Positions 31,437 to 44,143 of a DNA stretch of 64,000 bases are shown here, one piece after another. The notes beneath the pieces were generated by a model that ran no database searches, was not told the DNA's origin, and saw only the letters and a program-made list of their open reading frames with translations. This DNA comes from an uncultured Planctomycetota bacterium. Its GTDB lineage: Bacteria > Planctomycetota > Planctomycetia > Pirellulales > Lacipirellulaceae. Positions within the stretch are counted from its first letter, which is position 1. Every line of letters starts with the position of its first letter. Location of the stretch: NCBI GenBank assembly GCA_963719315.1, contig CAVRBU010000002.1, positions 2,016,001 to 2,080,000 of the forward strand, written 5' to 3'. The translations under genes and the position numbers were made by a program.

Positions 31437-32999
31437 ATGATGTCAGTTGTCAGTTGTCAGTCGTCAGTTGTCAGTCGTGCATCCGAGCCACGGACCACGG
31501 ACCAAGGACCACGGTCCAACTCCTCGCCCCTCGCCCCTCTCCCCTCGCCCCTCTCCCCTCGCCCCTCTCCCCTCGCCCCTCGCCCCTCGCGCCTCGGCAT
31601 CTCCCTGACCGAGGTCCTGATCGCGATGGGGATCATGACGGTCGGGCTATTGGGCGTGGCGTCGGTCTTTCCGGTGGGCAGTTGGTACATGCAAAAGGCG
31701 AACATCGCCGATCAAAGTTCGGCGATCGCGCAAACGGTGATGAACGAGATCGTAACCACCGGAATGCTCAACCCGGGCGCGTGGTATGTGATGACGCCGG
31801 CGCCCATGAGCACGACGGTCACTACTTCACCGAATTTCCGGTTTATAACGATCGACGGCAAGTATTCGCCGCTGCGGTCGCCCGTACCGGGCACGTTTAC
31901 GCGTCCTTTCGCTGAATCACTCAGAGAAGGCTTGAAGATCAACGCGACGAATCCGAATCCAGTCGTGCTGGCCAAGCAATTTGGAAATGCATACGTGATT
32001 GATCCGATGTTTGCCGCCGCGGCAACCAACAACTTGGGAAACGGCAACAATAATGTCGCGGGGTATGCGGTTCCGGCATCAGCGTGTTTCGCGTATCCCT
32101 GGGCCAGCAGCACGTATTACGGGACGGCTGCGTGGGATCCCTGGCGAGGCAACAATACGGGGAAAGAACCTGGCCGATTCGCCGGGCCACGTTCCAACTA
32201 TCCAACGGCTGGCCGCTGGACAAGACGATGGCCGACAGCATTTGTCGCGGGAACGACGATCTGGCCTACGATTTTCCGCAGCGCGACGATCGACCTGCCA
32301 TGCAGAATTGGGACACCGCCAACGTGAACGGCACACAGACTGCGCTGGCCCGCAAATGGACGGGCGACTACTCCTGGATCGCCTCGGTGGTGCCCACGAC
32401 CAACGCGGCCCGCGACGGCATGGCCCGCAATCCGGAAGGCTATGCCTACGATGTCTCGGTCGTAGTTTTCTACAAGCGGCCGATGCCGGCGACGCCGCCG
32501 GCGACCGTGACGGAAATGGCAGAAGTCGCGGCAAACGAGCGATCGGTTAGCGCCTCCATCCTCTCGACGGGGCTGAGTGGCGGCGAGCTGCTGCTTAAGG
32601 ATGAAGGCGACAGCACGCAAAACCCGTTCGACAATTTGAAAACCGGTCAATGGATCATGCTCTGCGGCCCACATCCGAATAGCTCGATTGTCGAGCCGCG
32701 GTTTGCAATGAATTGGTACCAGGTGCTGACCATCGACAAAACCGGAGTGGGAGTTCCGAACTTTAACACAACCACGCAGCGGGTGGTTGCCGTTCGCGGA
32801 CCGGAATGGCCGTGGCAGCCCGGTTTCGAGTCTCACAGTTTCAGACTTATCGAACGATCTGTGCGTGGGCATTTTCCGCGGCGCGGTGGCGGTCCATTCC
32901 AAAACGCTGCGGCTTGAAAGCCCGCTGGGTGGTGCGTTCGGTTCCGGGATGTCGATGATCACGCCGCCGGGCGTCACGCCCGGTAACGTGTTGTACTAG
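31437..32999 (+). CDS. Large PilV/GspI-like minor pilin, frameshifted (~32165, ~32825)
   Basis: RLG|ISLTEVLIAMGIMTVGLLGVASVFPVG; ORF pieces 31437-32327, 32084-32917 and 32787-32999 join. Confidence 0.8.
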
Positions 33000-33079
33000 C
33001 GGGTCAAGTCGGGGCAGGGGCGAGAGAACAGAGAAGCGAGAGGATGCAGGGCAAGAGCGTTCTCGCAAGAGAGGCGAAG

Positions 33080-36000
33080 ATGGTTGGAACAGTCAAGAGT
33101 CAAGAGTCGAGAGTCAAGAGCCGGAAGGATAGCGGGTTGAGGGTTGAGGGTCGAGGGTTGAGGGTCGAGAGCCGGAAGGTTCGCTCCTCGCTCCTCGCCA
33201 CTCGCTCCTCACGCCGCGGCGTTCTGCTGCTGGTCGTGCTCAGCATGCTCGTGTTGTTCATGCTGATCGGCACGGCGTTTTTGATGTCGAGCAGCCAATC
33301 GAGTACGTCGGCCAAAAACGCCGCCAAGCATAATAGCCGGGGCAACGATGGTACGAAGCAACTGGACGGCACGTTGCTCCAAATTCTCCGCGGCACCGAC
33401 AATCCGCATTCGGTGATCGGCCCGCACAGCCTGCTTCAGGATTTGTACGGCACCGGTGGGTTTCAGGGCGCCGTCTACAGTCCGGCGGCGATGGACTTAA
33501 ACAACCCGAACAACCGAGCGGGCGAAGCCACGCGCTTTGCCGGCGCTACGGCCGGTACGACGGCTCAGCAGTTGGGCCCGACTGCGGGCCAATTCGTTGA
33601 TATCTACGTGCGCCAGTTGGGGTGGGATGCGAGCACGAAATCGTCGCTGGACGACCCGACCACGACCGCGAACGAAGCCAACGGCGCGGGCAAGTTGAAT
33701 TTCCCCGACTTGCGGCACGTGATCAAGCTCGATCGCGACGTTCTTGGCCAAGCGCAGTTGCAACCGCTGCCGCTCACGAAGGGATACTACAACGGCTGCT
33801 TGCTGACGATCACGAGCGGTCCCGCGGCGGGGCAGACGGGCCGAATCGTCGATTACGAATACATAGGCGACATCGATCAGAACAACTTGGCGGTGCCGAC
33901 CTACACCCGCTTATTCCGCTTCCGCGTGATGTCGTTTCAGCGGAAGGATGGGCAGCCGCTGCAGATCACCACGCGACCGCCGGAAATCAGCGACCTGGCC
34001 GGGGCGACGTTCATCGTCAATGGCCGGGCGTATGGCGGCACGGGCGTGGGCTACAACCCGCTGGCGGGCCTCGGCCAGCCGAAGCTCTCGGCGCTGCAGG
34101 CATTCCCCGTTCCGTTTGATTTGACAACGAATCCCAATCCGAGCACGTATGTCGGCGCTGAATTGGCGTTGCTGCCGAATCCGGTGTACTTCAATCCGCT
34201 GAACGGTTGGAGCAGCGTGGCCGCGATAGACCCGTCGCCGATGCCTATCGACCCTGTTCTCGACGGCACTGCCCACCGCCAGTTTCTTGGCGTTGAACAG
34301 CGACAAGACCAATCACCGTCCTTCAACTATCCGACATTCGCCGGCCCCGGCGATATGAACGAATCGTACGATGCGCCCGACTACAACGATATCTGGCTCG
34401 GCCTGCAAACGGTGACGCCGCGGTCGCAGGGACGCGTGGTGCAAAATAACGGGACGTTTAGCGCGGTCGATAGTGCCAATCTCGATCCGTCGAAATTCTT
34501 GCGGCTCGATCTCGAAGACTTGCCGTTGCCGTCGTACCATCGGCCAGACCTCATCAATTTCTGGTATCACCGGATGCTCAATTCGCAATGGCTGACGATC
34601 GGCGATCAGCAGCCCCGACGAGCGGGCGTCTGGCGATTCTCCAGCCGTACACCGAACGGCAAGCTGCAGTACGGGCTTGACCCGAAAAGGCCGCGTCTGA
34701 TTACCGCCATCAAGCGGCAGTCGTCGCTGCGGCCGCTTCGCGAAGACAATCCGAAATTCGACGGCAGCAATCGCCTCTCGGTGCCGACCAGACTTGTCGG
34801 CAGAGCGGAACCTGGTCAACTCCGAACGGCAACATCGCGATCCCCTATTGGGAAGCCGTCGGGCCCGTGGGATGTGGATAACGACAACGACGGCGTGCCG
34901 GATAGCGTCTGGATCGATATCGGCAACCCGGTCCAGGAAGCCGAGGATGGCACGCGCTACAAGGCGCTGGTCGCCGTCATGATCCTCGACATGGACGGCC
35001 GGCTGAACGTCAACGCCCACGGGTTGGCGGATGACATCAACCCGCCGAATTTGGCGCTCAGCTACGATCTCAACGGAAATCCTCAAACGCTGGGAGCCGC
35101 GAAGAACCTCGCCGGCCAATTCAACTCCAATATCTTGTCCAAGGGCCTGGGCTACGGCCCGGCCGAGATCAGCTTGCGGCCCGTGTTCCCGGCGCCGTGG
35201 TCGGACGTGACGGGCACGCGGGCGCCCGGCAATCGGTCGGAAACGGTGGTGCCCGTCGATAGCTACGCGGCCGCGCTCATTGGCCGGCTGAAGCAGGACG
35301 GCATCACGGGCATCGCCGGCAAGTACGGGTTCATCACGAATGAGAACTTCTTAACCGGCGCGTCGTTCGCCGAACGGGCCACGCCGGGGCAGAACTACAG
35401 GTATGCGCCGAACAACATGATGGTAACGGGCGAAACGGCGCAACCCGATCTCATGGCGCAGTTGAAATTCATTGGCTACCCGTGGGCGATCACGCAGGCC
35501 AGTGCGTTCGGCACGCCGCCCGATTTGTTCGGCCGCTATTCGTTGGGCCTCGATTATACGGGGCAACCGGTCTACGAAGTGTTGAACGATCGGAATGAAG
35601 CGAACAACACGCTGCCGCGGCCACTGCTGACGGACTCGCCTTACGAGTTGAATCTGAGCGGCGCAAAACGGCGCGACCAATGGGCCAACAGCTCGCAAAC
35701 GAACGCGGCCCAGGAATTCACCCAGAGCCTCGTTCAAAGCGACGATGCGCCGTTCTCGCCGACGGATTTAGAAAAAGTGTTGCGGGCGTGGGACGCCGAT
35801 TCAGGCACGCTGCCGAGCCGGCTGTGGGACTGCGTGAACGATTTCGATCCGCTGAAGCTGATGAATTTCGACCCGTTCCGCGTGCAAGCCACGTCGCAAG
35901 CGGCGTTCGGCTCGGCAAGCCAGCCGGAACTGCTGACGACGGCCCAACAAATGGCCAGCATCAACCGCCGGCTGGTGACGACGGATAGCTACAGCATGCC

Positions 36001-39000
36001 GGTCGTCGGGCGGCAAATGCCGAGCTTACATTCCCGAATTGGGCGCCGACGGCAAGCCCGGGCGTCGCCGGTGTTGATGACGACAGCAACGGCATCGTCG
36101 ATGATGCCAGCGAAATCGGCGCGCCGCTTTCCGACGACTTCCAAGCCCTCACGGGCACCAAGTACAGCGAAGGCACGATCGTCGACGTGTTGCGGTATCG
36201 TATTCAAGCGTCGAGCGTGATGCAAGAATGGTCTGGCGCCGTTCGACTTGAACCAACCTTGATCCGCAGTTTTGCCTCTAAGCCGAAATTCTGATGACCT
36301 CACCAGCCGATTGGCGTTTCAACGCAATTGTCGCGCCGGAAGTGGTCGCCGGCTTGCGGATGGACCTCAATCGGCCGTTCGGCGACGGCGGGATAACCGA
36401 ACAAGACGGCAGTGAATGGCGTGGTGGATGATCCGCTCGAGGCGGGCGAGCCGTTCCTGGAACGTCAACGGAACGGCAAGACGGACGATGACACAGTGGC
36501 AACGGAACTTGAGCCGTTCATCGATTTGGACGGTAGCAAGAGATACACGCCGCCGCAGCGACCAACTGTGGCAGGGTCTGACACGGCCTCCGAGCCGATC
36601 AATTCGACTACTCCAACGGCGAGGCCGTGCCCGTGCACACCGGGCGATCCGAACGCCGGGCGGCGTGCGGAACCTGGAATCGCAGGGCCGCCAGCATTAC
36701 GCGCGGAATCTGTATTGCCTGATGCTGCTGCTGATGGACGAGAATTACATCGCCCCGTGGGATGAGAACGATCCACAGATCATGGCGTGGATGGACGCGG
36801 AGAAGAAGAAGCTTACGTCGCGCCAGCTGTCGATGCCGCGCCGATCAGGCGGACATCATCGTCAAGCGCAAGCACACCTGCCGGCATGATTGCCCAATGG
36901 GCGATCAACTGCGTCGATATGCGCGACTCCGGACGTGATCATGACGCCGTTCGAGTACGATGAGAATCCGTGGGACGGCTGGGGACTGCTGGAAATGCCA
37001 AGCGGCGTAAACCATCTGATTCCGCTCGATGGCGATCCGGCCACAGACGAAAACAAGGGCGACCAATGATCGATTGGGCGAATATCCCGCCAACGGCGGG
37101 CGGCCCGAAGAAGATCAAGACGGTGCCGGCGGCCGATTTGCCGACGCCGCTCAATCAAACCCGCGGCGTGGTGTGGGGCGCGGAGCGGCCGGAACTGCTG
37201 ATCACCGAAACGCTGGCGTTCCACGACCGGCGGACGGAAGACGAAACATTCGAGGACACTGATCCAAATGGCCACGACTTAACAAACCCGCTCGGGAACA
37301 TGCGATAAGAAGCCCGATCCGGATCTCGATCAGGGCTTCAGCCGCGCGGCTTCGCTGTTTGTGGAGGTGCAGAATCCCTGGTCCGCAACAGGGGCAGTAT
37401 CCGGCCGAGCTATACAGCAAACTCGACGGTCACGACGAATTACAGTGCCGGTATATTAACCCGAATCAAAGGGTGTCGATTTGGGCCGGCTGAGCAATTT
37501 GGGTCGATTCGACGGCAACTAACGGTGCCCTGACCAATGCGGCTTCAAATGCCTCGAACAGAGATCAAGCGTTCGCCCGTTTGGCGGATGATCGTCGTCG
37601 AATGAGTGGCCGGACGCGCGAGAACGAAACCTCCGCAGCGTTCGGCGACACCGGACAGGGCAACCATATCGACGAGCCGCTGCCGGGCAACAATTACAAG
37701 GAGCCGAAGGCCTACACAAGCGTCGCGGCGCGGTTGAAAGCGTGGTCCGCGAACCCGACGGGGCCACCGCCGTAGGTCCCGACCGATCCGGATTTTGATC
37801 CGCTGTTCGACGCCGACATGCTGCAGACACTCGGCACGACGAAGATTGTCGGGCCGGTCTTCGGCATCGTGCCAAAACAAGTGGGGGGTGGCAACAAATT
37901 CCTTGTGCCGTACCCCGAGTATTGAACGCGAGTTCTATTTCACGACGGATAGATCGCCCAAAAAGACCATCGCTGGCCTCCCCGAACGCGACTATTCGAC
38001 GCGGCGATTTCAAGATTCGCATTCCGGATCGTTCCATGCAAATCACGATCGGCGGCCAAAGAGCGGGACGGTCAGCGTTTGCAAACGCAGAAGTTCATCC
38101 GCTCTCGTTCAGAAAAGTCGGATGCCGAACTCTGGCTGGCCGATGCGCCGATTTTGCCGGGACATTATGCCGTGATCGGCTCGGCCGGTACGAAGTACGA
38201 TGCCAACAAGCAGATTTACACGACAACCATCGGCCGGCTGCGATGTAGGGCAAGAGCAATACTCCGGATACTCCCAACAGCAGCGATATCCCGACCCGAC
38301 GCATCGAGTTGAGGCCAGTTGGCGACCCGAATCCGACAGCAGCAGGTTGCAGTCGAGAGCAACGGCGGTGATCCGAAGGATGAGATCAGCGCATCGGCGG
38401 CAACGTACGATCCGTAGATGCCCGACTCGCGAAATTGGCCGCGACAACGAGCTGATTCAACGACCAGGGGAACGAGTCAAGAACATCACGAGTGGACTCG
38501 AAGGCGGCCGACGGCACGCGACGACGGGCACACCGAACAATCGAGTATTATCGCCGGCGGTCGCGGTTCCGGTGGAAGGCATGAGCGTAGCGAGCCACCG
38601 TGGGGTTACTGCCCGCGCGAGACGAGAAGCCGGAGAAGAGGAATCATGAAGACGAACGCCAGTGCATCGGCACCGACGACCTACGAATACCAATCCGAGC
38701 CTGGATCAATGCGAAGGGCGATACACTCCGTCGAAGCTCAGAGCCGAATCCCCGCTGGTACGACAAGCCGTTCGACACAGCTCACGAACTCACACGAACG
38801 GGCACGACGGCCAATTATCGCATGGTCCATCTGCAGCGGCTCGCCAATCCGCTGCTGCCGTGGAATCCGGAGCCGAAGCTGGCCGATGGCAAAACGGCGA
38901 ATCCGGAATATCAGGCCGAATTTGCCCGATCAATCCGTATCTCACGATCGATTCGTCGAGCGTGAATCTCACGGCGTTCAACGGCACGAGCGGGCCGAGG

Positions 39001-41089
39001 GCGACATCGATCCACTCAAAGCAAAAGGCGAAGGCAAGATGCGGCCCTGGGTGTATGGGCAAAACGTAGTCGGAGGAATGACCAAATATTTGGCGAACAT
39101 GCAAGACGGCAAGCAGATTTGGGCTTTCCGCTCGTTGGAGCGCGGCTTTTGGGCGCGGCTGAATCTGTTGGGCTCGAAAGCCACGCCGCCCACCGCCGCC
39201 CCGCAGCGAGTGCTCTGGGCCCAAGAGCCGGCCAATGGTGACGCTCAGGGAGTGCGGAACTTCGACGAAATGATCGATTTGATCGCGAAGTCGGCAGATG
39301 ACGATGCGCGTCGATGAGGTGCCGAACCAGATTAAAACCGACCAGAAGATATATAATAATCACTGTCGACATGGTGCTGGAGCATACGCTCGGGTTCGGT
39401 AACGAGAGCTTCGGGCTGATGTACGATGCAACAGGGCTCGCAGGGCCCGAGATCGACGCCGCCCATGCTGCGCCGCATACGGCGCCACCGCGCCGGGCCG
39501 ATTCTGTTCACGCAACAAGGTCGGATCGCCGCCACCGGCGCATATCAAGGGTACGCCGAACACGGTGAATTCCACCAACCCCTGGTTCGAATGGGGCAAC
39601 CGCCCGTATGTGAGCGCCGAGGAATTGCTCAACGTGCCGATGGGTTCGCAGTCGACGATGCTGCGGTTCTAGTGTGCGGCGGTCGATCTGCAACGCGCCT
39701 ATGACGGCGAACCGGTCTGGATCCTTATGGTTTGATCCGGAATTGGCACGGGACATGGCACGCGTTGTGACGCATTCGTTGGCCGGTCGGCGAGCCGTTC
39801 AGGCCAATTTCCGCCAACGGCGGTGGTTGCGGCCACAGCCGTGACGGCCGACGTGGTGCGCGACGCGATGGGCGACCTGGCTGGACGCGAACGGAAGTTG
39901 CTGTCCTTCGGCGCGCCGAATTTCTATCGCATCCTCGATTACGTGCAGGTGCCGTCGCGGTACGTGGGCACGGATACGATGCTCAACGCAGAGACATTTA
40001 ACGACGTTCCGCGGCGGGTCCGACGCATTGGCACCGATATCACGAGCTCGACCGATCCGCGGTACAACTTCCAGCCGCCGTTCAATAAGGTCTCGCGCGA
40101 GCGCGATCCGGGCTCGTGAATCTCAACACGGTAACCGGCCGGCGCATGCCGCCGACGGCGGGCTCCGCGCGCAGGTCTGGTCCGACGTATTCGACGGCAT
40201 CATGCACCGCGACTCACGATGGCAACGGTCGACCACGCAACTGGGCCAATTCGGCCCCGCCTGGCGCGATGTCGTTTTAAGCCGCAAGCGGTTATGCGCA
40301 GAAGGATGCGGCAGCACGACCCCGTGGAGAAGCCTCGCCAAGTGGCCCACCCGATGCTATTCCAAGCCGGACTCAATACGATGTTTCCGACGATGTTTCG
40401 CCAATCCGTTTCGCTCGCCGGACGCCGGTGATCTGGTGCCGCTTTCGTCGATGGTGCAGTACGGCGTGGATGCGGGCTGGATGCGGCGGCATCATTTCAA
40501 TCGGGGCGGCCGCAATACGTGGGGAACGAACAATTTTGACGACGACGATCCGACCAACATACGATTTAGAACGACCGACGATGACGCCGGGCTCGGTTTT
40601 GGATGGCGATACCGTGGTTTTGGACTTTAACTGGCGAGCTACTTCCTGTTTCTTCGACGACGCCGTTTCCTATCGCTCAGAGTGGCGTTCCGCTGTTCAG
40701 CGAAGTCTTCAGACGACCCGTACTACGAACGGCGATCGCAATCCGTACATGAATTACCAGCCAATGACGCGGCTGGGCAACCTCGTCACCGATCGTTCCG
40801 GCGTGTTCGCGATTTGGATTACGGTCGGGTACTTCGAGGTGGAGAAGGCGCCGGATTGTGCCACAAATGAAAACGGCGTTGCAAGATCGATGTGGCGAAC
40901 GACATCAGTCTCTACAACCGAATATACCCCGATGGCTACATGCTGGGCCGCGAGCTGGGCAGCGACACGGGCGACGTGAAGCGGCCACGCGGGTTCTACA
41001 TCATCGACCGCACGGAAGAAGTCGGCTTCAAGCCGGGCGAAGACCTGAACGTGGAGAAGATGATCCGCCTGCGAAGGCGGATTGAATAG
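33080..41089 (+). CDS. Giant (~2,600 aa) PilX/GspK-like protein with DxDxDG Ca-binding-type motifs; many frameshifts
   Basis: RRG|VLLLVVLSMLVLFMLIG (no E5); WDVDNDNDGVPD, DMDGRLNVNAHG; later fragments GAERPELLITETLAFHDR, LQRLANP, RLGNLVTDRSGVFAIWITVGYFEV, RGFYIIDR..RRRIE*. Confidence 0.7.
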
Positions 41090-41209
41090 AGAAGTAGAGG
41101 AGAAGTGGAGTAGAGGAGTGGAGTAGAGCAGAAGTGGAGTAGTAGAAGAGTGGTCTTTGCTCCTCCACTACTCCTCTCCTCCACTACTCCACTATTGCTC
41201 TACTCCACT
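41089..41209. repeat. Inverted purine/pyrimidine micro-repeat arrays (AGTGGAGT-like) forming a long hairpin
   Basis: GAAGTGGAGTAGAGGAGTGGAGTAG... followed by CTCCTCCACTACTCC... Confidence 0.7.
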
Positions 41210-41224
41210 GGCGACAGGTACTCG

Positions 41225-41797
41225 ATGGCCAAATCCAATACCGCAGGCGCCAAGTCGCCGCCCAGCGATTCCGGCGGTTCGTTCTGGGTGCTGCTGGGCG
41301 TGCTGGCCCTGGCGGCGGTGATTTTGATCAAGATCCAGTCGGGGCGGACCCAGGCGGTTGGGCCGTATGTGGGACAGCCGTTGCCGCCGCTCAACGCGGC
41401 CGGCTGGCTGAACACGCCGAAACCCGTGACGGCCGCCGACCTCGCGGGCAAGGTCGTGCTGATCGATTATTGGGCCACCTGGTGCGGGCCGTGCGTCCGC
41501 GGCATTCCCGATCTCATTCAATTCCACAAGCGCTTCAGCGACGCCGGCGTGCTGGTCGTGGGGCTGACCTCGGAAGAGGGCGCGGCCGCACAGTACGTGA
41601 AGAACTTCGTGGAAACGAAGGACGGCATGGACTGGCCGATCGGCTACGGCGCTGGGATGACGTTCCAAATGGTGGGCATTGAGGGCATCCCCACGTACAT
41701 GCTGTTCGACCGCTCGGGCACGTGCGTCTGGGGCGGGCACTCGCTGGACGGCATCGAAAGCGCGGCCGTGGCGGCGCTGGGGGAGAAGCCGCGGTAG
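41225..41797 (+). CDS. Membrane-anchored TlpA/ResA-like thiol-disulfide oxidoreductase
   Basis: N-terminal TM; GKVVLIDYWATWCGPC; GIPT. Confidence 0.9.
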   Translation: MAKSNTAGAKSPPSDSGGSFWVLLGVLALAAVILIKIQSGRTQAVGPYVGQPLPPLNAAGWLNTPKPVTAADLAGKVVLIDYWATWCGPCVRGIPDLIQFHKRFSDAGVLVVGLTSEEGAAAQYVKNFVETKDGMDWPIGYGAGMTFQMVGIEGIPTYMLFDRSGTCVWGGHSLDGIESAAVAALGEKPR

Positions 41798-41913
41798 TCA
41801 AGAGTTTAGAGCCAAGAGCTTAGAGTCAAGAGCTTAGAGTCAAGAGCTTAGAGTCAAGAGTCGAGAGCCAGAATTTCCGTCTGGCTCTTGACTCTCCGCT
41901 CTTGTCTCTTGAC
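41797..41913. repeat. Heptamer/14-mer tandem repeat (AGAGTCA/AGAGCTT) with inverted arm between convergent genes
   Basis: (GAGTCAAGAGCTTA)n ... AGAGCCAGA / TCTGGCTCTTGACTCT. Confidence 0.75.
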
Positions 41914-41938
41914 TAATTTCCCCGCCGCCGATTCGTTG

Positions 41939-43000
41939 TCAGTTGGTCGTTGCGCCCGCCGACAGCGGCTCGATCTCGCGGATGTACTTGACCTTCGGCT
42001 TGCCGCCGCCGGGTGTGGGGAGGCCGATCAGAAAGTCCGAGGCGTAGCGGAGTTTTTCCTTTCGCTCGGGCACGCGGAAGTTGTCGCCCTTTTGCAGGAT
42101 CGTGCGAGCCAGCGGCATCTCGCCGAACGCCCTCGTGCCGGCCGATTCGCACGGGTACCAATGGCCCTCGCCCTCGGCATGTTCCAGGTAGAACTCCGGG
42201 TAGACGTGGCCGTGGACCCAGACCATGCGGGCCGGAATCTTGTTGTTCCGGCACATGGCGACGAACACAGCGGAGCGGCCCTGGCAATCGGCCTGGCCAT
42301 CGTGCAGCGCCTCGACGGCGCCCTTATCCGGTCCTTCGACATATTCGATTTTTTTTAGCACTGCGTCGTAGATCGCTTCGATCTTGGTCCAGTCGTTGGC
42401 CGACTCGTCGACGCCGCTCATCACCTCTTTGTTGAGCGCACGAATTCGCGGATGATTGATTTCAATGTACGGGCTGGGGAGCGTGTAAATCTTCAGCTTG
42501 GTGGGGATCTTCTTGGGGATTTTCAGGTCGTCGGTCTTTTCGGGGGGCAGGATCGGGCGTGTCGAGACTTCGGCCGTCAGGATCGCGTGGGCGGTTACGC
42601 CCGCGTTCAGGCGCGGCACGGAAATCAGCATCTGCTTCGCTTCGCCACCGGGAACCGGCCGGTAGGTGACTCCGCCGATTTCCGGCGAGAAGTCTTCGTT
42701 GACGATCGTGACTTTCTGCTCGGCGCAATCGAGCGGCACCGTAACCATGGCGACGATGCCGCGGCACGCCCCGTTGGCGGCCGTGATCTCGGCGCCCACG
42801 CGAAAGCGAATCGTCTGCGGCTCGCCGTACCGCGGGGCAGTGGAATCGTCGGCCGCGGCCTCGTCGGCGGGTTGGTCGATCGGGGCGATCGTCTTTGACT
42901 TGATGGGCAGTTTTCTGGCCGGCGCGGCGGCGAAGGAAGAGAACGCGGCGAATATCGCGATCGCGGCGCTCCAACGAAGTAGGTGCTTATGGTTAGCCAT
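41939..43000 (-). CDS. Secreted transglutaminase-like protein
   Basis: Signal peptide; QADCQGRSAVFVAMCRNNKIPARMV (Cys), HVYPEFY (His), HWYPCES. Confidence 0.85.
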   Translation of the reverse strand: MANHKHLLRWSAAIAIFAAFSSFAAAPARKLPIKSKTIAPIDQPADEAAADDSTAPRYGEPQTIRFRVGAEITAANGACRGIVAMVTVPLDCAEQKVTIVNEDFSPEIGGVTYRPVPGGEAKQMLISVPRLNAGVTAHAILTAEVSTRPILPPEKTDDLKIPKKIPTKLKIYTLPSPYIEINHPRIRALNKEVMSGVDESANDWTKIEAIYDAVLKKIEYVEGPDKGAVEALHDGQADCQGRSAVFVAMCRNNKIPARMVWVHGHVYPEFYLEHAEGEGHWYPCESAGTRAFGEMPLARTILQKGDNFRVPERKEKLRYASDFLIGLPTPGGGKPKVKYIREIEPLSAGATTN

Positions 43001-43080
43001 ACTTCTATTGTACTTCGCCTGCGGTCCGGCGCGGGTCGTGGGACAGTTTGGGTGGTGTCCTAATTTGCGGCAAAACAAGC

Positions 43081-43135
43081 TTGTAGCACGGACTTCAGTC
43101 CGTGATTCTCGTGCGGACTGAAGTCCGTGCTACAA
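43081..43135. repeat. GTAG-type REP doublet
   Basis: TTGTAGCACGGACTTCAGTCCG ... CGGACTGAAGTCCGTGCTACAA. Confidence 0.85.
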
Positions 43136-43450
43136 AGTTCCGGTCCGAACGGTGCCAAATTGGGACTCCACCGCAATTTGTATCGAGGGTGCCTGGAGCA
43201 ACACCCCAGCCGCGATTTCTGGGGCGTTGCCCCAGGCACGCAGCGGCCACGCGGCCAATACCAAAAAATCAGCCCTGCCCGGCTGCCTTCAGGATGGGTG
43301 CAGCCGAGCAGGGCCAGTGGGCGGGGCGAAAGTCCCGGACGAACTTCAACCCCTTCGCGACTTGAGCGGGCCGTTGCGGGAGGGCGGGGAGCCGGCTCGC
43401 TCGTCGTCGCGACAATTGTTTTTCATGTGGCCTCGCGGCCAATCACTCGA

Positions 43451-44143
43451 TCACTCCGCGGCGGGTGTGGGATCGACGAACTTCTCAGGCGTGGGGCTGG
43501 CGGCCGAGGTTGCTCCGCCGCTGCAATTGCTGCAACCTCCGTTGCATGAGCCGCATCCGCCGTCGCATCCGCCGCACGAACTGCATCCGCCACAACCGCC
43601 ACAGCCACCGCATCCGCCACAGCCACCGCAGTCGAAGAAGGGGCCGTAGCAGACGTTGCCCATAAAGGGGCCGCCGCAGCCGGATTCACAACCGCAACTG
43701 GAAGCATACGCGCAGCTCGGCTCCGGTGCGCCGCAGCAGGTCATTGGCGCGGCGCCACAGCAAGCCGTTGGAGCCGCGCCGCAGCATGCCGTTGGCGCGG
43801 CGCCGCAGCAAGATTGCGGGTTTGGCGATTGGAAGAACATGGGTTGAGCTTGGGCGTACGTCGGGGCCGCCTGGGGCGCCATGAATTGTGGCATCATGGG
43901 TGCGGCCATCGGCTGCACGGTGCCGACAGCGGAGCAAGGCGACGGGCAAGCCGGAGCACAAGGCGACGGCACGTATGTCGGCGCACAGGGCGAGGCCGCT
44001 AGCGGCGCGGCGTAGGTCGGCGGGCAAACTGCCGCGGGGCGGCTAAACCAGTTGCAGGGGCAGCAGGGGCAAAGCCGTGTGCAACAGCAGCCGGGGGCTG
44101 CCGAAAGTGTCGCTACGGCCAGCAGAATCAGTACCTTTTTCAT
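43451..44143 (-). CDS. Cys/Pro/Gly/Gln-rich putative lipoprotein with CCGAAP and CGG repeats
   Basis: MKK-hydrophobic-AAPG|CCC; RBS GAGGAG; (CCGAAP)x3-4 and (CGG)n. Confidence 0.78.
   Translation of the reverse strand: MKKVLILLAVATLSAAPGCCCTRLCPCCPCNWFSRPAAVCPPTYAAPLAASPCAPTYVPSPCAPACPSPCSAVGTVQPMAAPMMPQFMAPQAAPTYAQAQPMFFQSPNPQSCCGAAPTACCGAAPTACCGAAPMTCCGAPEPSCAYASSCGCESGCGGPFMGNVCYGPFFDCGGCGGCGGCGGCGGCSSCGGCDGGCGSCNGGCSNCSGGATSAASPTPEKFVDPTPAAE

Noticed and set aside
41797..41913. Possible CRISPR array
   Set aside because: Tandem 7/14-nt units without unique spacers; no cas genes in the window.
43451..44143. RiPP precursor interpretation of the Cys-rich protein
   Set aside because: It has a Sec/lipoprotein-type signal, and there is no adjacent YcaO, radical SAM, lanthipeptide or peptidase-transporter gene.
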